From: Bdellovibrionota bacterium FG-1
GTDB taxonomy: Bacteria; Bdellovibrionota; UBA1018
Length of the DNA: 64,000 nucleotides
Direction of reading: 5' to 3'
NCBI GenBank assembly: GCA_051382295.1
Contig: JBBCAW010000008.1
Location: 32,001-96,000 of the forward strand
This document shows, piece by piece, positions 1-9,782 of the stretch; position 1 is the first letter of the stretch; each line of letters begins with the position of its first letter. The position numbers and the translations under genes were made by a program. The notes under the pieces were generated by a model, which searched no databases, was not told the DNA's origin, and saw only the letters and a program-made list of their open reading frames with translations.

Positions 1-2
1 TT

Positions 3-671
3 GGCGGCACTTTTGATCCACCTCATCTGGGACATCGCATGGCCGTGGCTGGACTTTTTCGAGAGCCGGGAGTAGGTCGGGTCTGGATCATGCCCTCACC
101 CAGCCCCCCCCACAAGCCCACGGTTGCTTCAACGGAAGAGCGAGTTCAGCTCACCCGCCTGGCCTTTGGACCTTCGCAAACAGTCCCTTTAAAAGAAGAC
201 CTTAGGATAGAACTTTGTGAGCTCGAACGGGCCTCCCGCCACCCCGGTCGCCCGACCTACACCTTTGACACCCTGATGGAACTCCGATCAAAAATCTCGC
301 CCCTTGCCTTTGTGATCGGCAGCGACCAGTTTCACCAATTTCCGAGTTGGCACCGTTTTCCGGAGGTTTTATCGCTTTCCCACTGGATTATTCTTGAAAG
401 AAAAGGGGCTGCGCAAGCCCAGACCCTCCGACTTTTAGCCGAATGGCAGGCGAGCGGCCTCCTTCAAAATGAAGGGGCCGGCTGGCGGATCCGGAAAAAC
501 GGGACGTTTCTTCAAATCTTTCCGACCCCTGCTCCGGAACTCTCCTCTACACTCATTCGTCAAACCATTGCAAAAACAGGGCAGCCGCCCGAAAACAGCC
601 TTTTACCCGAAGTACAGACGTATTTGATGCAACGGGGCATCTATGGTACAAGGCATCCTTCAGGAGTTTAA
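3..671 (+). CDS. nadD: Nicotinate-nucleotide adenylyltransferase (5'-truncated by window edge)
   Basis: The frame upstream of the listed ATG reads GGTFDPPHLGH (HxGH motif). It also has YTFDTL, IGSD..WH and SSTLIR motifs, and sits in the conserved nadD-rsfS-rlmH order. Confidence 0.95.
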   Translation, partial: GGTFDPPHLGHRMAVAGLFREPGVGRVWIMPSPSPPHKPTVASTEERVQLTRLAFGPSQTVPLKEDLRIELCELERASRHPGRPTYTFDTLMELRSKISPLAFVIGSDQFHQFPSWHRFPEVLSLSHWIILERKGAAQAQTLRLLAEWQASGLLQNEGAGWRIRKNGTFLQIFPTPAPELSSTLIRQTIAKTGQPPENSLLPEVQTYLMQRGIYGTRHPSGV

Positions 672-1102
672 TGACTATGCCCAATGAAAATACTGACTCG
701 CAATCGACCATGAGCACCGCCCTAGATGCCTCGCGTGAACGCGCTTTATATTGCGCACGCGCCGCGATCGACAAAAAAGGCGAAAACATCAAAATTCTCG
801 ACCTGTCCGATCTCTCAGGATTTACCGATTATTTTGTCATTTGTAGCGGCTTGTCTGAACGACAAGTCAAGGCCATTGCCGATTCCGTCGAGCACACCCT
901 CGAAGCCGGTGGTCACGAGTTGCTTTCATCCGAAGGATATTCCGATGGCCGCTGGATCTTGATGGATTTTGGCGATGTGGTGGTTCACGTATTTTTGGAC
1001 GCGCTTCGAGAGTACTACGATCTGGAACACTTGTGGACGGATGCTCCACGCGTAAAAATCCCGTCCGAATTTTACGGTCCCTCCGCAAGCCGCCTGAATT
1101 AA
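671..1102 (+). CDS. rsfS: Ribosome silencing factor RsfS (Iojap)
   Basis: DKKGENIKILDL, DYFVICSG, WILMDFGDVVVHVF, REYYDLEHLW motifs. Confidence 0.97.
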   Translation: MTMPNENTDSQSTMSTALDASRERALYCARAAIDKKGENIKILDLSDLSGFTDYFVICSGLSERQVKAIADSVEHTLEAGGHELLSSEGYSDGRWILMDFGDVVVHVFLDALREYYDLEHLWTDAPRVKIPSEFYGPSASRLN

Positions 1103-1109
1103 GTCTAGC

Positions 1110-1282
1110 GGTTTCCGGTGAGTTGTTGCACGAAAGCAAACTTCCTGTTTTTACACAACTTTCGCCATCCCCCTTTGTAGCACATCGTGTACTACAAGTG
1201 CCCGTTTGGGCACCTGGGCTTCTCGGACAATCCTGTCCTCGAAGGGCTTTGTGATTTTCGCGCAACAACTCACCGCGAAACC
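1110..1282 (-). ncRNA. Candidate structured ncRNA of unknown family
   Basis: A ~26-bp closing stem (1110-1135 with 1256-1282) encloses three internal hairpins. Plus-strand C-A mismatches become G-U pairs and a TC/TC mismatch becomes tandem GA/GA on the minus strand. Confidence 0.55.
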
Positions 1283-1403
1283 TGAAGTACAGAAGGTTAT
1301 TCCCGCTTTCAGCGGGAATTGCTTAATTAAGTTAGCATTTTCTTGTTCCGCCTTTTTAGATTTACTGACAGCTGATCGCTGAATGCTCATTCCTAGGGAA
1401 CCC

Positions 1404-1898
1404 ATGAAACTCTTTTTGGTCGCCTTTGGTAAACTCAAAACCCCCGGACTTCCGGAAGCGGCGGATTATTATCGAAAGCTCATTCGAACCTGGGTGAACT
1501 ACGAAGAAATCGAACTCAAGCCCCTTTCGGTGCCCGATAAATCAGCCGCCACTCGAAAACTCATTCAGGAAAAAGAAGCATCCATTCTCGAACAAAAGCT
1601 TGAAACTCTTTTGTCAGCGAGAGGGGCTTTTTATCTCCTCGACGAAGGCGGTAAGGCGCGCTCGACGCAGGATTGGGCAGAGCTCGTTCGCCAATGGGAA
1701 TCCACCGATCTTCCAGAAATCGCACTTTGCCTCGGGAGCAGTCTTGGATTTTCCGAGAGCCTTCGTCAACGCGCGCGCGGAATTTTAAGTTTAGGACCTC
1801 AAACCCTACCCCATGAGCTGGCGCGGGTGGTCCTACTTGAACAAACCTATCGCGCCTGGAGTGTGACGCGAGGACATCCCTACCACGTTCAGGGATAA
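1404..1898 (+). CDS. rlmH: 23S rRNA m3Psi1915 methyltransferase (SPOUT)
   Basis: MKLFLVAFGKLK start, LDEGG, GSSLG, SLGPQTLPHELARVVLLEQTYRA...GHPYH signature. Confidence 0.96.
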   Translation: MKLFLVAFGKLKTPGLPEAADYYRKLIRTWVNYEEIELKPLSVPDKSAATRKLIQEKEASILEQKLETLLSARGAFYLLDEGGKARSTQDWAELVRQWESTDLPEIALCLGSSLGFSESLRQRARGILSLGPQTLPHELARVVLLEQTYRAWSVTRGHPYHVQG

Positions 1899-1971
1899 CC
1901 GGTTGCTTCACCACTCTCCGCAATGTTAAACTCTAAAAAGACTCTCCCGGATTACTCAAAAAGGACTCACC

Positions 1972-3558
1972 GTGACACCCTGCGAACGTGCCTTGCTCAT
2001 TGTACTAGACGGCTTCGGCATCGGAAAAGACTCGCCTTTTAATGCGATTAAGAATGCACGAATGCCTTTTTATCGAGATCTCTGGGCTAAATATCCGCAT
2101 TCGCAACTCATTACCCATGGGCATGACGTGGGCTTACCCGACGGAGTGATGGGCAATTCCGAAGTCGGTCATATGACGATGGGCGCAGGCCGGATCATCT
2201 ATCAAGATTTGACGCGAATCTCGAAATCCATCCGAGATGGAGATTTTTTTAAAAACAAAATCCTGACATCAGGCATGCAGGCTGGGGCAAAAGCCACGGG
2301 GCGCGTCCACCTCATGGGGCTACTCTCGGATGGCGGTGTTCATAGTCACCTCGATCATTTGTTGGCTCTATTGGACATGGCGGTGCAACTCAAAATCCCG
2401 CAAGTGAGCGTTCACTGCTTTATGGATGGCAGGGACACTCCTCCGGATTCAGGCCGCGGCTATCTCGAAACTCTTTTACGACACCCCACCTTTGCTCCAG
2501 GCAGCACCACTCAAGCTACGATAGCCACTCTGATGGGACGCTACTACGCCATGGACCGAGACAAGCGATGGGAGCGAGTCTCTCAAGCGTACCTCGCTCT
2601 GACTGGGCAGACCGCCTGCTGGACCCGCGGCAGTGTCGAACCCCCTGTACTGGAGGCTTGGCGAAAGTCGCACGAGAATGGAAAATCCGACGAGTTTATC
2701 GAGCCCGTCTTGCTGGATTCGACGGCCGCTATGAAAGATGGGGATAGCGTCATTTTCTTTAATTACCGATCAGACAGGGCACGCGAGATCACGCATGCGA
2801 TCACCGAACCCGATTTTCATGATTTTGACCGCGGGCGGGGCTTTCGTCCCTCGGCGTTTGCCGGAATGACCATTTACGACAAAAACCTGACACACGCCCA
2901 AGCCGCTTTTCTCCCCCAAAGCCAAAAAAATATCATGGGCGAATGGTTAGAGAACCATCAGCTCAAGCAGTTTCGGCTCGCAGAAACCGAAAAATACGCC
3001 CACGTTACCTTCTTTTTTAATGCAGGACGGGAAAAGCCTTTTGAAGGCGAGGATCGCGAGCTCATTGCCTCACCCAAAGACGTCGCCACCTATGACCTCA
3101 AACCCGAAATGAGCGCCTTTCAAGTGGCGGCGGCCGCGACTCAACGCCTCAACTTGGCCCAACACCACTTTATACTGATGAACTTTGCCAATGCCGACAT
3201 GGTCGGACATACAGGCAACTACGCGGCAGCGGTCAAAGCGGTCGAAACCCTGGACCAGTGCCTGGCTCAAGTGATTGGTGCCGCTCAAAATAATGGCTAC
3301 CATGTCCTTTTAACCTCAGATCACGGCAATGCTGAAGAAATGTGTGATCAACAAGGTCGGATTCACACTCAGCATACGCTCAATCCCGTCCCCGCCCTCT
3401 GGATTGCCCCAGGCACCGCGATTGCGCCCCAAAGCGCACGCTTTGCGCTCCACGATGGGACACTCGAAGATGTCATGCCCACCTTGCTTGGCCTCATGAA
3501 GCTGCCGCTCCCTCCCGAAGTCACCGGAAAATGTCTTTTGCCTTCTCAACCCATCTAG
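1972..3558 (+). CDS. gpmI: 2,3-bisphosphoglycerate-independent phosphoglycerate mutase
   Basis: LDGFG, MGNSEVGH, DGGVHSH, DGRDTPP, GRYYAMDRD, ETEKYAHVTFF, NADMVGHTG, SDHGNAE. Confidence 0.98.
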   Translation: MTPCERALLIVLDGFGIGKDSPFNAIKNARMPFYRDLWAKYPHSQLITHGHDVGLPDGVMGNSEVGHMTMGAGRIIYQDLTRISKSIRDGDFFKNKILTSGMQAGAKATGRVHLMGLLSDGGVHSHLDHLLALLDMAVQLKIPQVSVHCFMDGRDTPPDSGRGYLETLLRHPTFAPGSTTQATIATLMGRYYAMDRDKRWERVSQAYLALTGQTACWTRGSVEPPVLEAWRKSHENGKSDEFIEPVLLDSTAAMKDGDSVIFFNYRSDRAREITHAITEPDFHDFDRGRGFRPSAFAGMTIYDKNLTHAQAAFLPQSQKNIMGEWLENHQLKQFRLAETEKYAHVTFFFNAGREKPFEGEDRELIASPKDVATYDLKPEMSAFQVAAAATQRLNLAQHHFILMNFANADMVGHTGNYAAAVKAVETLDQCLAQVIGAAQNNGYHVLLTSDHGNAEEMCDQQGRIHTQHTLNPVPALWIAPGTAIAPQSARFALHDGTLEDVMPTLLGLMKLPLPPEVTGKCLLPSQPI

Positions 3559-3572
3559 TGAAAACTGTACCT

Positions 3573-4577
3573 ATGCTCAACATTCCTCATCTCACTCTTC
3601 CCAAAGGTCAAACCAAGTCCATCGCCGTGCTGACGAGTGGCGGCGACGCCCCCGGCATGAATGCCGCCATTCGCGCGGTGGTTCGCTTTGGAATCTCTCA
3701 TGGCTGCCAAGTCTTTGGCGTACACAAAGGTTTCAGTGGTTTACTCGAAGGCCAGATTGATCCACTGGGCCCCTCTTCGGTGGCCAACATCATTCAACGA
3801 GGGGGAACGATTCTCAAAACCGATCGATGTGAAGCCTTCCACAAAAAAAGCGTTCGTCGCGAGGCGGCCAATATCCTGCGTCGAAAAGAGATTGATGGCT
3901 TGGTGGTCATTGGCGGGGACGGCTCATTTACCGGTGCGCATCTCATGGAAAAAGAAACCGGGTTCGCCACGATTGGCGTGCCCGGCACGATCGATAATGA
4001 CATTGCCGGAACCGAGGACACCATTGGTTTTGATACGGCGGTGAATGCGGCAATCGAAGCCATTGACCGGATTCGAGACACGGCAAGCTCGCACGACCGG
4101 ATTTTTCTAGTGGAAGTGATGGGGCGAAGCAGTGGTTTTATCGCTCTGGAAGTCGGAATCGGCGGCGGTGCCGAGACGATCATCGTTCCGGAACGTAAAG
4201 AATCCTTTCAAACCATCGTTAAAACGATCCAAAGAGGAATCGCTCGCGGAAAAACCTCAAGCATCATTGTCGTTGCCGAAGGCGAAAAACCCGGCCTTTC
4301 TGCACGTATTGGTGACGACCTCTCTCAACGCGGATTTAGCTCTAAAGTCTGCATCTTAGGACACACCCAGCGCGGGGGATCACCCACCGCCCATGATCGG
4401 CTCTTGGCCTCAGTGTTAGGCTCTTCCGCGGTGGCCTACCTGCTTGCAGGCAAGAGCAACGCCATGGTCGGAGTCCAAAAGGGTCGAGTCGCCCTGGTGC
4501 CATTTCGAAAAGTGATTGGCCAAAAAAAGGAACTGTCGCAAGGGCTGCTCAACTTGGCTCAAATACTGGCGTCTTAA
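3573..4577 (+). CDS. pfkA: ATP-dependent 6-phosphofructokinase
   Basis: TSGGDAPGMNAAIRAV, GGDGS, PGTIDNDI, EVMGR, LGHTQRGG. Start codon uncertain. Confidence 0.97.
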   Translation: MLNIPHLTLPKGQTKSIAVLTSGGDAPGMNAAIRAVVRFGISHGCQVFGVHKGFSGLLEGQIDPLGPSSVANIIQRGGTILKTDRCEAFHKKSVRREAANILRRKEIDGLVVIGGDGSFTGAHLMEKETGFATIGVPGTIDNDIAGTEDTIGFDTAVNAAIEAIDRIRDTASSHDRIFLVEVMGRSSGFIALEVGIGGGAETIIVPERKESFQTIVKTIQRGIARGKTSSIIVVAEGEKPGLSARIGDDLSQRGFSSKVCILGHTQRGGSPTAHDRLLASVLGSSAVAYLLAGKSNAMVGVQKGRVALVPFRKVIGQKKELSQGLLNLAQILAS

Positions 4578-4613
4578 TTGCAAAAGGTGGTCGCCAACTT
4601 CTGGAGACGCGCC

Positions 4614-5369
4614 ATGTTATTAAATAGCTTTATTTGTCCCGCTTGCCGACAACCATCAGGAACTCTCGGGAGTTTTCCGCTTTGTGAACTCTGTGTGACT
4701 AGCCTCATTCCAGCCCCCGCGCTCTGCCCACACTGCGCCGGAGTCGAATGTGCACAAGCGCCAAACTGCCTTCGACCTTGGATGAAAATTCCAGATCCGC
4801 CGATTGATTCCTTTTGGGCCCTTTATCTTTTGGTGGGCCCTGGCTACCGAGTCCTACGTCGCTGGAAAATCAATCGGGGCATCGGGTTCAACCGGCAAAT
4901 TCTCAAGCCAACGGCGGCACTGCGAGCCCAAATTCATGCTCGTGAAATCGATGCCGTCATTCCCATTCCTCAGCGCTTTTCTAGATCGTGGGCCCTCAAC
5001 GGAAGTCCTGCCGAAACCCTGGCCAGTTGGATCAGCTCGTTCACCGCGATTCCCCATTTATCTGTACTCTCGCCATTTCCCAGTCCGCAACAACCCAAAC
5101 GACAGGCGGAACTCAAGATCAATGAAAGACTTCAGAACCCCCTGAAATTTGGGGTGCAACCGAACACGAGGCTAACCTCCGAATCGAAAATTCTTCTCGT
5201 CGATGACTTTATGACCAGCGGTCACACGCTGCGCGCCGCCGCCCAAGCCTTAAGAAACCACGGAATCGGGCGCACAATCCACGCGTTCAGCCTCGGCGTG
5301 CGGCCTCAGAATACCAGCCACTTGCTCGATCGACGCAGCAGGACCATAGCCATCGGTCACAAAGAATAA
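4614..5369 (+). CDS. comF: ComF family protein (double zinc ribbon + PRTase domain)
   Basis: CxxC pairs at the N-terminus, VIPIP, LLVDDFMTSGHTL PRPP-binding loop. Confidence 0.85.
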   Translation: MLLNSFICPACRQPSGTLGSFPLCELCVTSLIPAPALCPHCAGVECAQAPNCLRPWMKIPDPPIDSFWALYLLVGPGYRVLRRWKINRGIGFNRQILKPTAALRAQIHAREIDAVIPIPQRFSRSWALNGSPAETLASWISSFTAIPHLSVLSPFPSPQQPKRQAELKINERLQNPLKFGVQPNTRLTSESKILLVDDFMTSGHTLRAAAQALRNHGIGRTIHAFSLGVRPQNTSHLLDRRSRTIAIGHKE

Positions 5370-6389
5370 TCCTTGAACCCCGGGAATATGCACCGGATGA
5401 GACGGCACTTCCCCGTCTGCAAACCAAAGCGAATCTTTAAATCTGACTTGCTCGGCACAAACAGTAGCCATGAACTCGGTCTTTTCCCCGGGAAGCCAAC
5501 TACTGCCGCAAAACATTTTATCCAAAGCACTCTTCATTTTTCGGAGTTTTTTAGCAATCTGATGATTGTCTTCCACCTCATCCTCAGCAAGGCCGAGCGT
5601 CCAATAACTCTGCTTGCCGTCGGAGGAAAAATGCCCCCACAGATGCCGCTCAAACTCTTCACCCGACTCCTTATGAAGAGAGCCAAAAAAGCCTTCCATG
5701 ACCTCGCTCCCTACCGGCACAGAATGAGTAAAGGTGGCTTGGAGTAAACTGATGGGATGACGACGCCGGATAAAAGCGAGGTTTTTTGGAAGACCACTCA
5801 AGCGGGGCAAATCACTCCATCGATCCGCAAAAATCGCTTGATCAAAGGAAATCTCCTCACCCGAGGCCAGAATCACGGCACGCGCCTGCCCTTCCTCGAC
5901 TCGAAAGCCAGAAAGAGGAACCCCCTCAATCCGCTGGAGCTGAGCAAAGGAACCATCCGCCATCCGTGTTCGAATCAATCCCTCGATCTCATTAAAGGTC
6001 AAGGAGGCAAAACGCGTCTCCCAAAGTGGCGCCATCTTGCGCTCGGCCGACCACAAACATTCATTCAGGGCATCCTGACGAGCCTCTGCCGTGGGCGCTT
6101 TCATCCATAAAGGCTCTCGAAAAGCCTTATTTCTAAACTCTCGCAAAAAGGAGCCGGAAATCGCCTCTCCTGGATCCACTCCAAAACGATTTGCCAAGAG
6201 CTTCCAGAGCTCCACGCCCGGCCCTGACTCCATGCCAGGAAGAGGCGCGGCAAAATGAGACCCCGTTCCGGAAATCCAAATCACCTTTCCAGATCCCTGT
6301 TCAGCCACCCTTTGAAGGCCAAATCCCACTGCAGCCAAAGCCGACCAGCCGTCACCGACCACGACAGTTTTTATCGTACTCTTTGTCAT
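5250..6389 (-). CDS. Hypothetical protein with FAD/NAD-binding (Rossmann-like) motifs
   Basis: N-terminal VVVGDGWSALAA, central VILASGEEISFDQAIFA, C-terminal GLFFVTD. Long ORF directly downstream of lysC. Confidence 0.6.
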   Translation of the reverse strand: MTKSTIKTVVVGDGWSALAAVGFGLQRVAEQGSGKVIWISGTGSHFAAPLPGMESGPGVELWKLLANRFGVDPGEAISGSFLREFRNKAFREPLWMKAPTAEARQDALNECLWSAERKMAPLWETRFASLTFNEIEGLIRTRMADGSFAQLQRIEGVPLSGFRVEEGQARAVILASGEEISFDQAIFADRWSDLPRLSGLPKNLAFIRRRHPISLLQATFTHSVPVGSEVMEGFFGSLHKESGEEFERHLWGHFSSDGKQSYWTLGLAEDEVEDNHQIAKKLRKMKSALDKMFCGSSWLPGEKTEFMATVCAEQVRFKDSLWFADGEVPSHPVHIPGVQGLFFVTDGYGPAASIEQVAGILRPHAEAERVDCAPDSVVS

Positions 6390-6418
6390 ACTTTTCACTT
6401 TACCCAAATTACCCAAAA

Positions 6419-7606
6419 TTACCCAAAAAACTCCTGATGCAAAGCCTGCACTGCATCAGAAACTTCAGTGGATTCAACGGCCACAGTCATTGCTAAGGCT
6501 GAAGCTGACCCTATCGTAACCGAGATCTTTGCGCGAGCAAGCGTTTCAATCACAGTTCCCAACGCCGCACCGTCCTGAGAAAACCGGTCCCCCACGACTG
6601 ACACAGGAACCAGATTTGAATGAATTTGATATCTTGCCACATAACCTTCGGCGCAAAGCTGGTCTAATAATTTTTTCCACTCCATTTGCCCATCGCGATC
6701 GGCAAAAAACTGAACATTCCCACCCGTAAACATCGGAGCCACAATACTGAGATGCGCGGCTGCCACCCGAGCCCAAAGGGCCCCAAGAACGGTCGCTCGT
6801 GCAAGCTCCACACCGATTAACTGCTTGTCTTTGGCCGCAGTCACGCCCGTTATGGTAAAATCTTCCATCCCTTTTTCAATCACGGCGGTTCCTTCGTTTT
6901 GATTCAAGCTATTGAGCACCCAAAGCGGCACTCGAAATTGTTTCGCTAACTCCACGCTTCGGGGGTGCAAAACTCCCGCTCCCCGTGTGGCGAGTTCAAC
7001 CATCAAGGCATGCGAAATCGTTTTCCAAAGACGAGCCCCGGGAACCAGCCTGGGATCCGCCGAGTAAATACCATCCACATCGGTATAAATTTCACAACGT
7101 TCCGCCCCCAATGCGGCCGCCAGCGCGACCGCCGTGGTATCCGATCCCCCTCGCCCCAAAGTAGTAATCTCTTTGGATGGGCTGACCCCTTGAAAACCAG
7201 CCACGATCGCCACTTTATTTTCAGAAAGCGCTTCCCTGACTCGATCACCCAAAATTTTTTGAATCCGCGCACGCCGATGACTCCCGGTCGTGATAATCCC
7301 GGACTGCGACCCCGTAAAAGATAAGGCCGGCACCCCGCGGTCTGAAAGCGCCATACTCAAAAGTGCCATTGAAATACGCTCGCCCGCCGTCAACAGCATA
7401 TCCATTTCGCGGTGCGGAGGTTCCACCGAAACTCGATGGGCCAACTCAATCAACTCATCCGTGGTGTGCCCCATGGCTGACACCACCACACAGAGGCGAT
7501 ACCCTAATTCCCGGGTACGGACGATTCGATCAGCAACCTTCTGAATCCGTTCTGGAGTGCCAACAGAGGTGCCGCCATACTTTTGCACAATCAGCGAAGC
7601 CATCAC
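6419..7606 (-). CDS. lysC: Aspartate kinase
   Basis: VQKYGGTSV, VVSAMG, AGFQG, TTLGRGGSDTTA, YTDVDGIYSADPR. Confidence 0.96.
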   Translation of the reverse strand: MMASLIVQKYGGTSVGTPERIQKVADRIVRTRELGYRLCVVVSAMGHTTDELIELAHRVSVEPPHREMDMLLTAGERISMALLSMALSDRGVPALSFTGSQSGIITTGSHRRARIQKILGDRVREALSENKVAIVAGFQGVSPSKEITTLGRGGSDTTAVALAAALGAERCEIYTDVDGIYSADPRLVPGARLWKTISHALMVELATRGAGVLHPRSVELAKQFRVPLWVLNSLNQNEGTAVIEKGMEDFTITGVTAAKDKQLIGVELARATVLGALWARVAAAHLSIVAPMFTGGNVQFFADRDGQMEWKKLLDQLCAEGYVARYQIHSNLVPVSVVGDRFSQDGAALGTVIETLARAKISVTIGSASALAMTVAVESTEVSDAVQALHQEFFG

Positions 7607-7621
7607 CGGCCCAAGTCCTTT

Positions 7622-9244
7622 TTAGGTTTCACCCACCGTGACCCGCCCATGAGTACGGGCTGATTGACGCTTTTTATAAGTAATCCGCGAATATTTTCTA
7701 CGATGACTTCGTCGATGCCGCTTGGCCTCGGGGGGATCGCGCACATCCAAAGAAGCCAAACTGCGCGAACGGTCATTGGGAATAGGCAACAAGACCTGAA
7801 CGCCGCGCTTGAGCCTCATTCTAGGTGAAACGCCATTCAGATCTGCGATAGGGTCCACCTTAATTCCGTACTGAGAGGCGATCCGAGCCAAAGTCTCGCC
7901 ACGCCGCACCTTATAAGTCATAAAAGTGATCTGACGAGGAAAGGCTTCGTGATTATAAGCCTGTAAAAAATGCTCCCTAACCGAAGACGGAAGCTTCACC
8001 CGGTAAGTACTCACGTTGGGGGGCGTACACCACCGGAGAAGTTCGGGGTTCAGGGCTTTCACCGTGAGGTAAGAAATACCGGCCGCGCGCGCTATTTTAA
8101 GCATGTCCGCCGGGCTTTGAACTTCAAACTCAGCGATCGACTCGCCGCCCACCTGCCCGTCCTTATTGACGTGGGGAGTGGGGATTGGCTTGGCCAAAAC
8201 TGTTTCAACTAGCGCAGAAGTCAAAGTAGCGGGAGTCATACCTTGGGCTACTTCCGTGGGGGACTCATCCCCGTCTTCCCATTCGTCATCACCCGCCGCA
8301 TTTGCGGCCTCGATCACATTAGGGTTATGAATATTCTGGGTATCTTCGAGTGGCTGATCTGTTTTGACAACATGGACGACTTCGCCATCTCCGGCTACGG
8401 CCTCGCCTGCGCCTGGCTTCAGATTTCCGGCTGCAAAGCCAAATTGAGTCCTGTTCTTAGCCAAAAGGGCGGCCGCGATGATCTTAGGCACATAATCGCG
8501 AGTTTCCGGCCTTAAAAACCGCTGTTTTGAAATCACCCAAAAATCTTTCGACCCAAAGCGTTGAACTGCGCGTGCAACCTTAGTTTCGCCTGCGTTATAG
8601 CTAGCCGCCGCCAATTCCCAGGAACCCATCATCACGTAAAGATCATGAAGGTAGCCCACGGCCGCCAGGGTTGACTTGCGAATATCTCGCCGTTCATCCA
8701 CCCACCAATTGACCATCAACCCGTAGCGCTTACCGGTCGCCGAAATAAATTGCCAGGGCCCCACCGCTTTAGCTCGGGAACGCGCAAAATTATTAAAACC
8801 GCTCTCAATCATCGCAAGATAGACCAGGTCCTCTGGCATCCCATTTTGCTTCAACAGAGGTGCAATGTAGGGGATAAAAAATTCAGAGCGCTCGAGATAC
8901 CGTTCAAAGTGCTTTCGACCCCGGCCAGTAAAATAATCCACCCAATATTCGACACGAGAGTTGATCGTGATGGGGATGTCGAACTTGGTATTTTTAAGCT
9001 TCACCCCTTGAATCACTATTTCTGGGGTTTCAACGGAGACGGGGCGGCTGGAATCAGGCTGAAGAACTTCGCCTAAGGTCTTGGGCTCCGGGCGAGGTTC
9101 GGACTGAGAACTCAGAGGGCCCGTCAAAGTACCCGAGGGCGAAGAGGTACGAACCGTGGCGCAACCGGAAAGAACTAACGCGAAAACGCCAAAAATCGCA
9201 CCCAACGAAGCCCATTTGCCTGAATCTACGATCAAACGTTCCAT
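7622..9244 (-). CDS. mltD: MltD-like lytic murein transglycosylase lipoprotein with LysM
   Basis: Lipobox VLSGC, MIESG catalytic Glu, AVGPWQF, ASYNAGE, ETRDYVPK, C-terminal LysM YKVRRGETLARIA. Confidence 0.9.
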   Translation of the reverse strand: MERLIVDSGKWASLGAIFGVFALVLSGCATVRTSSPSGTLTGPLSSQSEPRPEPKTLGEVLQPDSSRPVSVETPEIVIQGVKLKNTKFDIPITINSRVEYWVDYFTGRGRKHFERYLERSEFFIPYIAPLLKQNGMPEDLVYLAMIESGFNNFARSRAKAVGPWQFISATGKRYGLMVNWWVDERRDIRKSTLAAVGYLHDLYVMMGSWELAAASYNAGETKVARAVQRFGSKDFWVISKQRFLRPETRDYVPKIIAAALLAKNRTQFGFAAGNLKPGAGEAVAGDGEVVHVVKTDQPLEDTQNIHNPNVIEAANAAGDDEWEDGDESPTEVAQGMTPATLTSALVETVLAKPIPTPHVNKDGQVGGESIAEFEVQSPADMLKIARAAGISYLTVKALNPELLRWCTPPNVSTYRVKLPSSVREHFLQAYNHEAFPRQITFMTYKVRRGETLARIASQYGIKVDPIADLNGVSPRMRLKRGVQVLLPIPNDRSRSLASLDVRDPPEAKRHRRSHRRKYSRITYKKRQSARTHGRVTVGET

Positions 9245-9377
9245 GCTCTCTTCCTTGAGTTTGCCGCGAATTAACCCCGAAAGCCTCACCCTATTCGGGA
9301 AAGACCCTTACTTGATATCGTACCATGAGGACAAGGTAGAACCCCAAAGATTCACACAAAGCTTTCAATTTGACTTT

Positions 9378-9764
9378 CTATTTTGATGAAATCGCTTCAA
9401 TTTCAATAGGTTCTATAACTGACCCCGGCGTCCGACCAGGAATTTTTTTGTCGACGGGGCTCGTTAACTCATCCAACTGCACTGACTGCACTGACTGCAC
9501 TGACTGCACTGGGGCAACATCCCCTTCCTCACTGCTCTGCACTAATTCCACTAATTCGCGCCAATCCCGCGCAAAACGCCCAGTCCTATCGTGAAATATT
9601 TGCTGGGCCCGATCCAGACTTTTCAGGAGATCACGTCTTTGAACGTCATCCAATAGGGCAGGCGCAGCGGCAAGAGGTGACGACAAAGAGATTTGCCCCG
9701 ACCACCAAGTCAGTCCGCTCAATAGGGCGAGAAAAGAAATAAGGAAAGAATACCGACGATACAT
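9378..9764 (-). CDS. Small membrane/secreted hypothetical protein with a pilin/pseudopilin-like helix motif
   Basis: N-terminal hydrophobic segment. LKSLDRAQQIFHDRTGRFARDWREL resembles the AQ..Y....G.Y helix of pilins. Sigma54-type promoter upstream. Confidence 0.55.
   Translation of the reverse strand: MYRRYSFLISFLALLSGLTWWSGQISLSSPLAAAPALLDDVQRRDLLKSLDRAQQIFHDRTGRFARDWRELVELVQSSEEGDVAPVQSVQSVQSVQLDELTSPVDKKIPGRTPGSVIEPIEIEAISSK
9476..9511. repeat. Perfect 9-bp tandem repeat (ACTGCACTG)x4
   Basis: Read directly. Encodes the VQSVQSVQS stretch on the minus strand. Confidence 0.95.
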
Positions 9765-9782
9765 AACGCAGTGCGTATCTTA

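Noticed and set aside
1110..1282. Assignment of the structured element to tRNA, tmRNA, SRP, RNase P, a c-di-GMP riboswitch or a hammerhead ribozyme
   Set aside because: None of the diagnostic motifs is present. A 6S assignment cannot be confirmed because the interior is multi-branched rather than rod-like.
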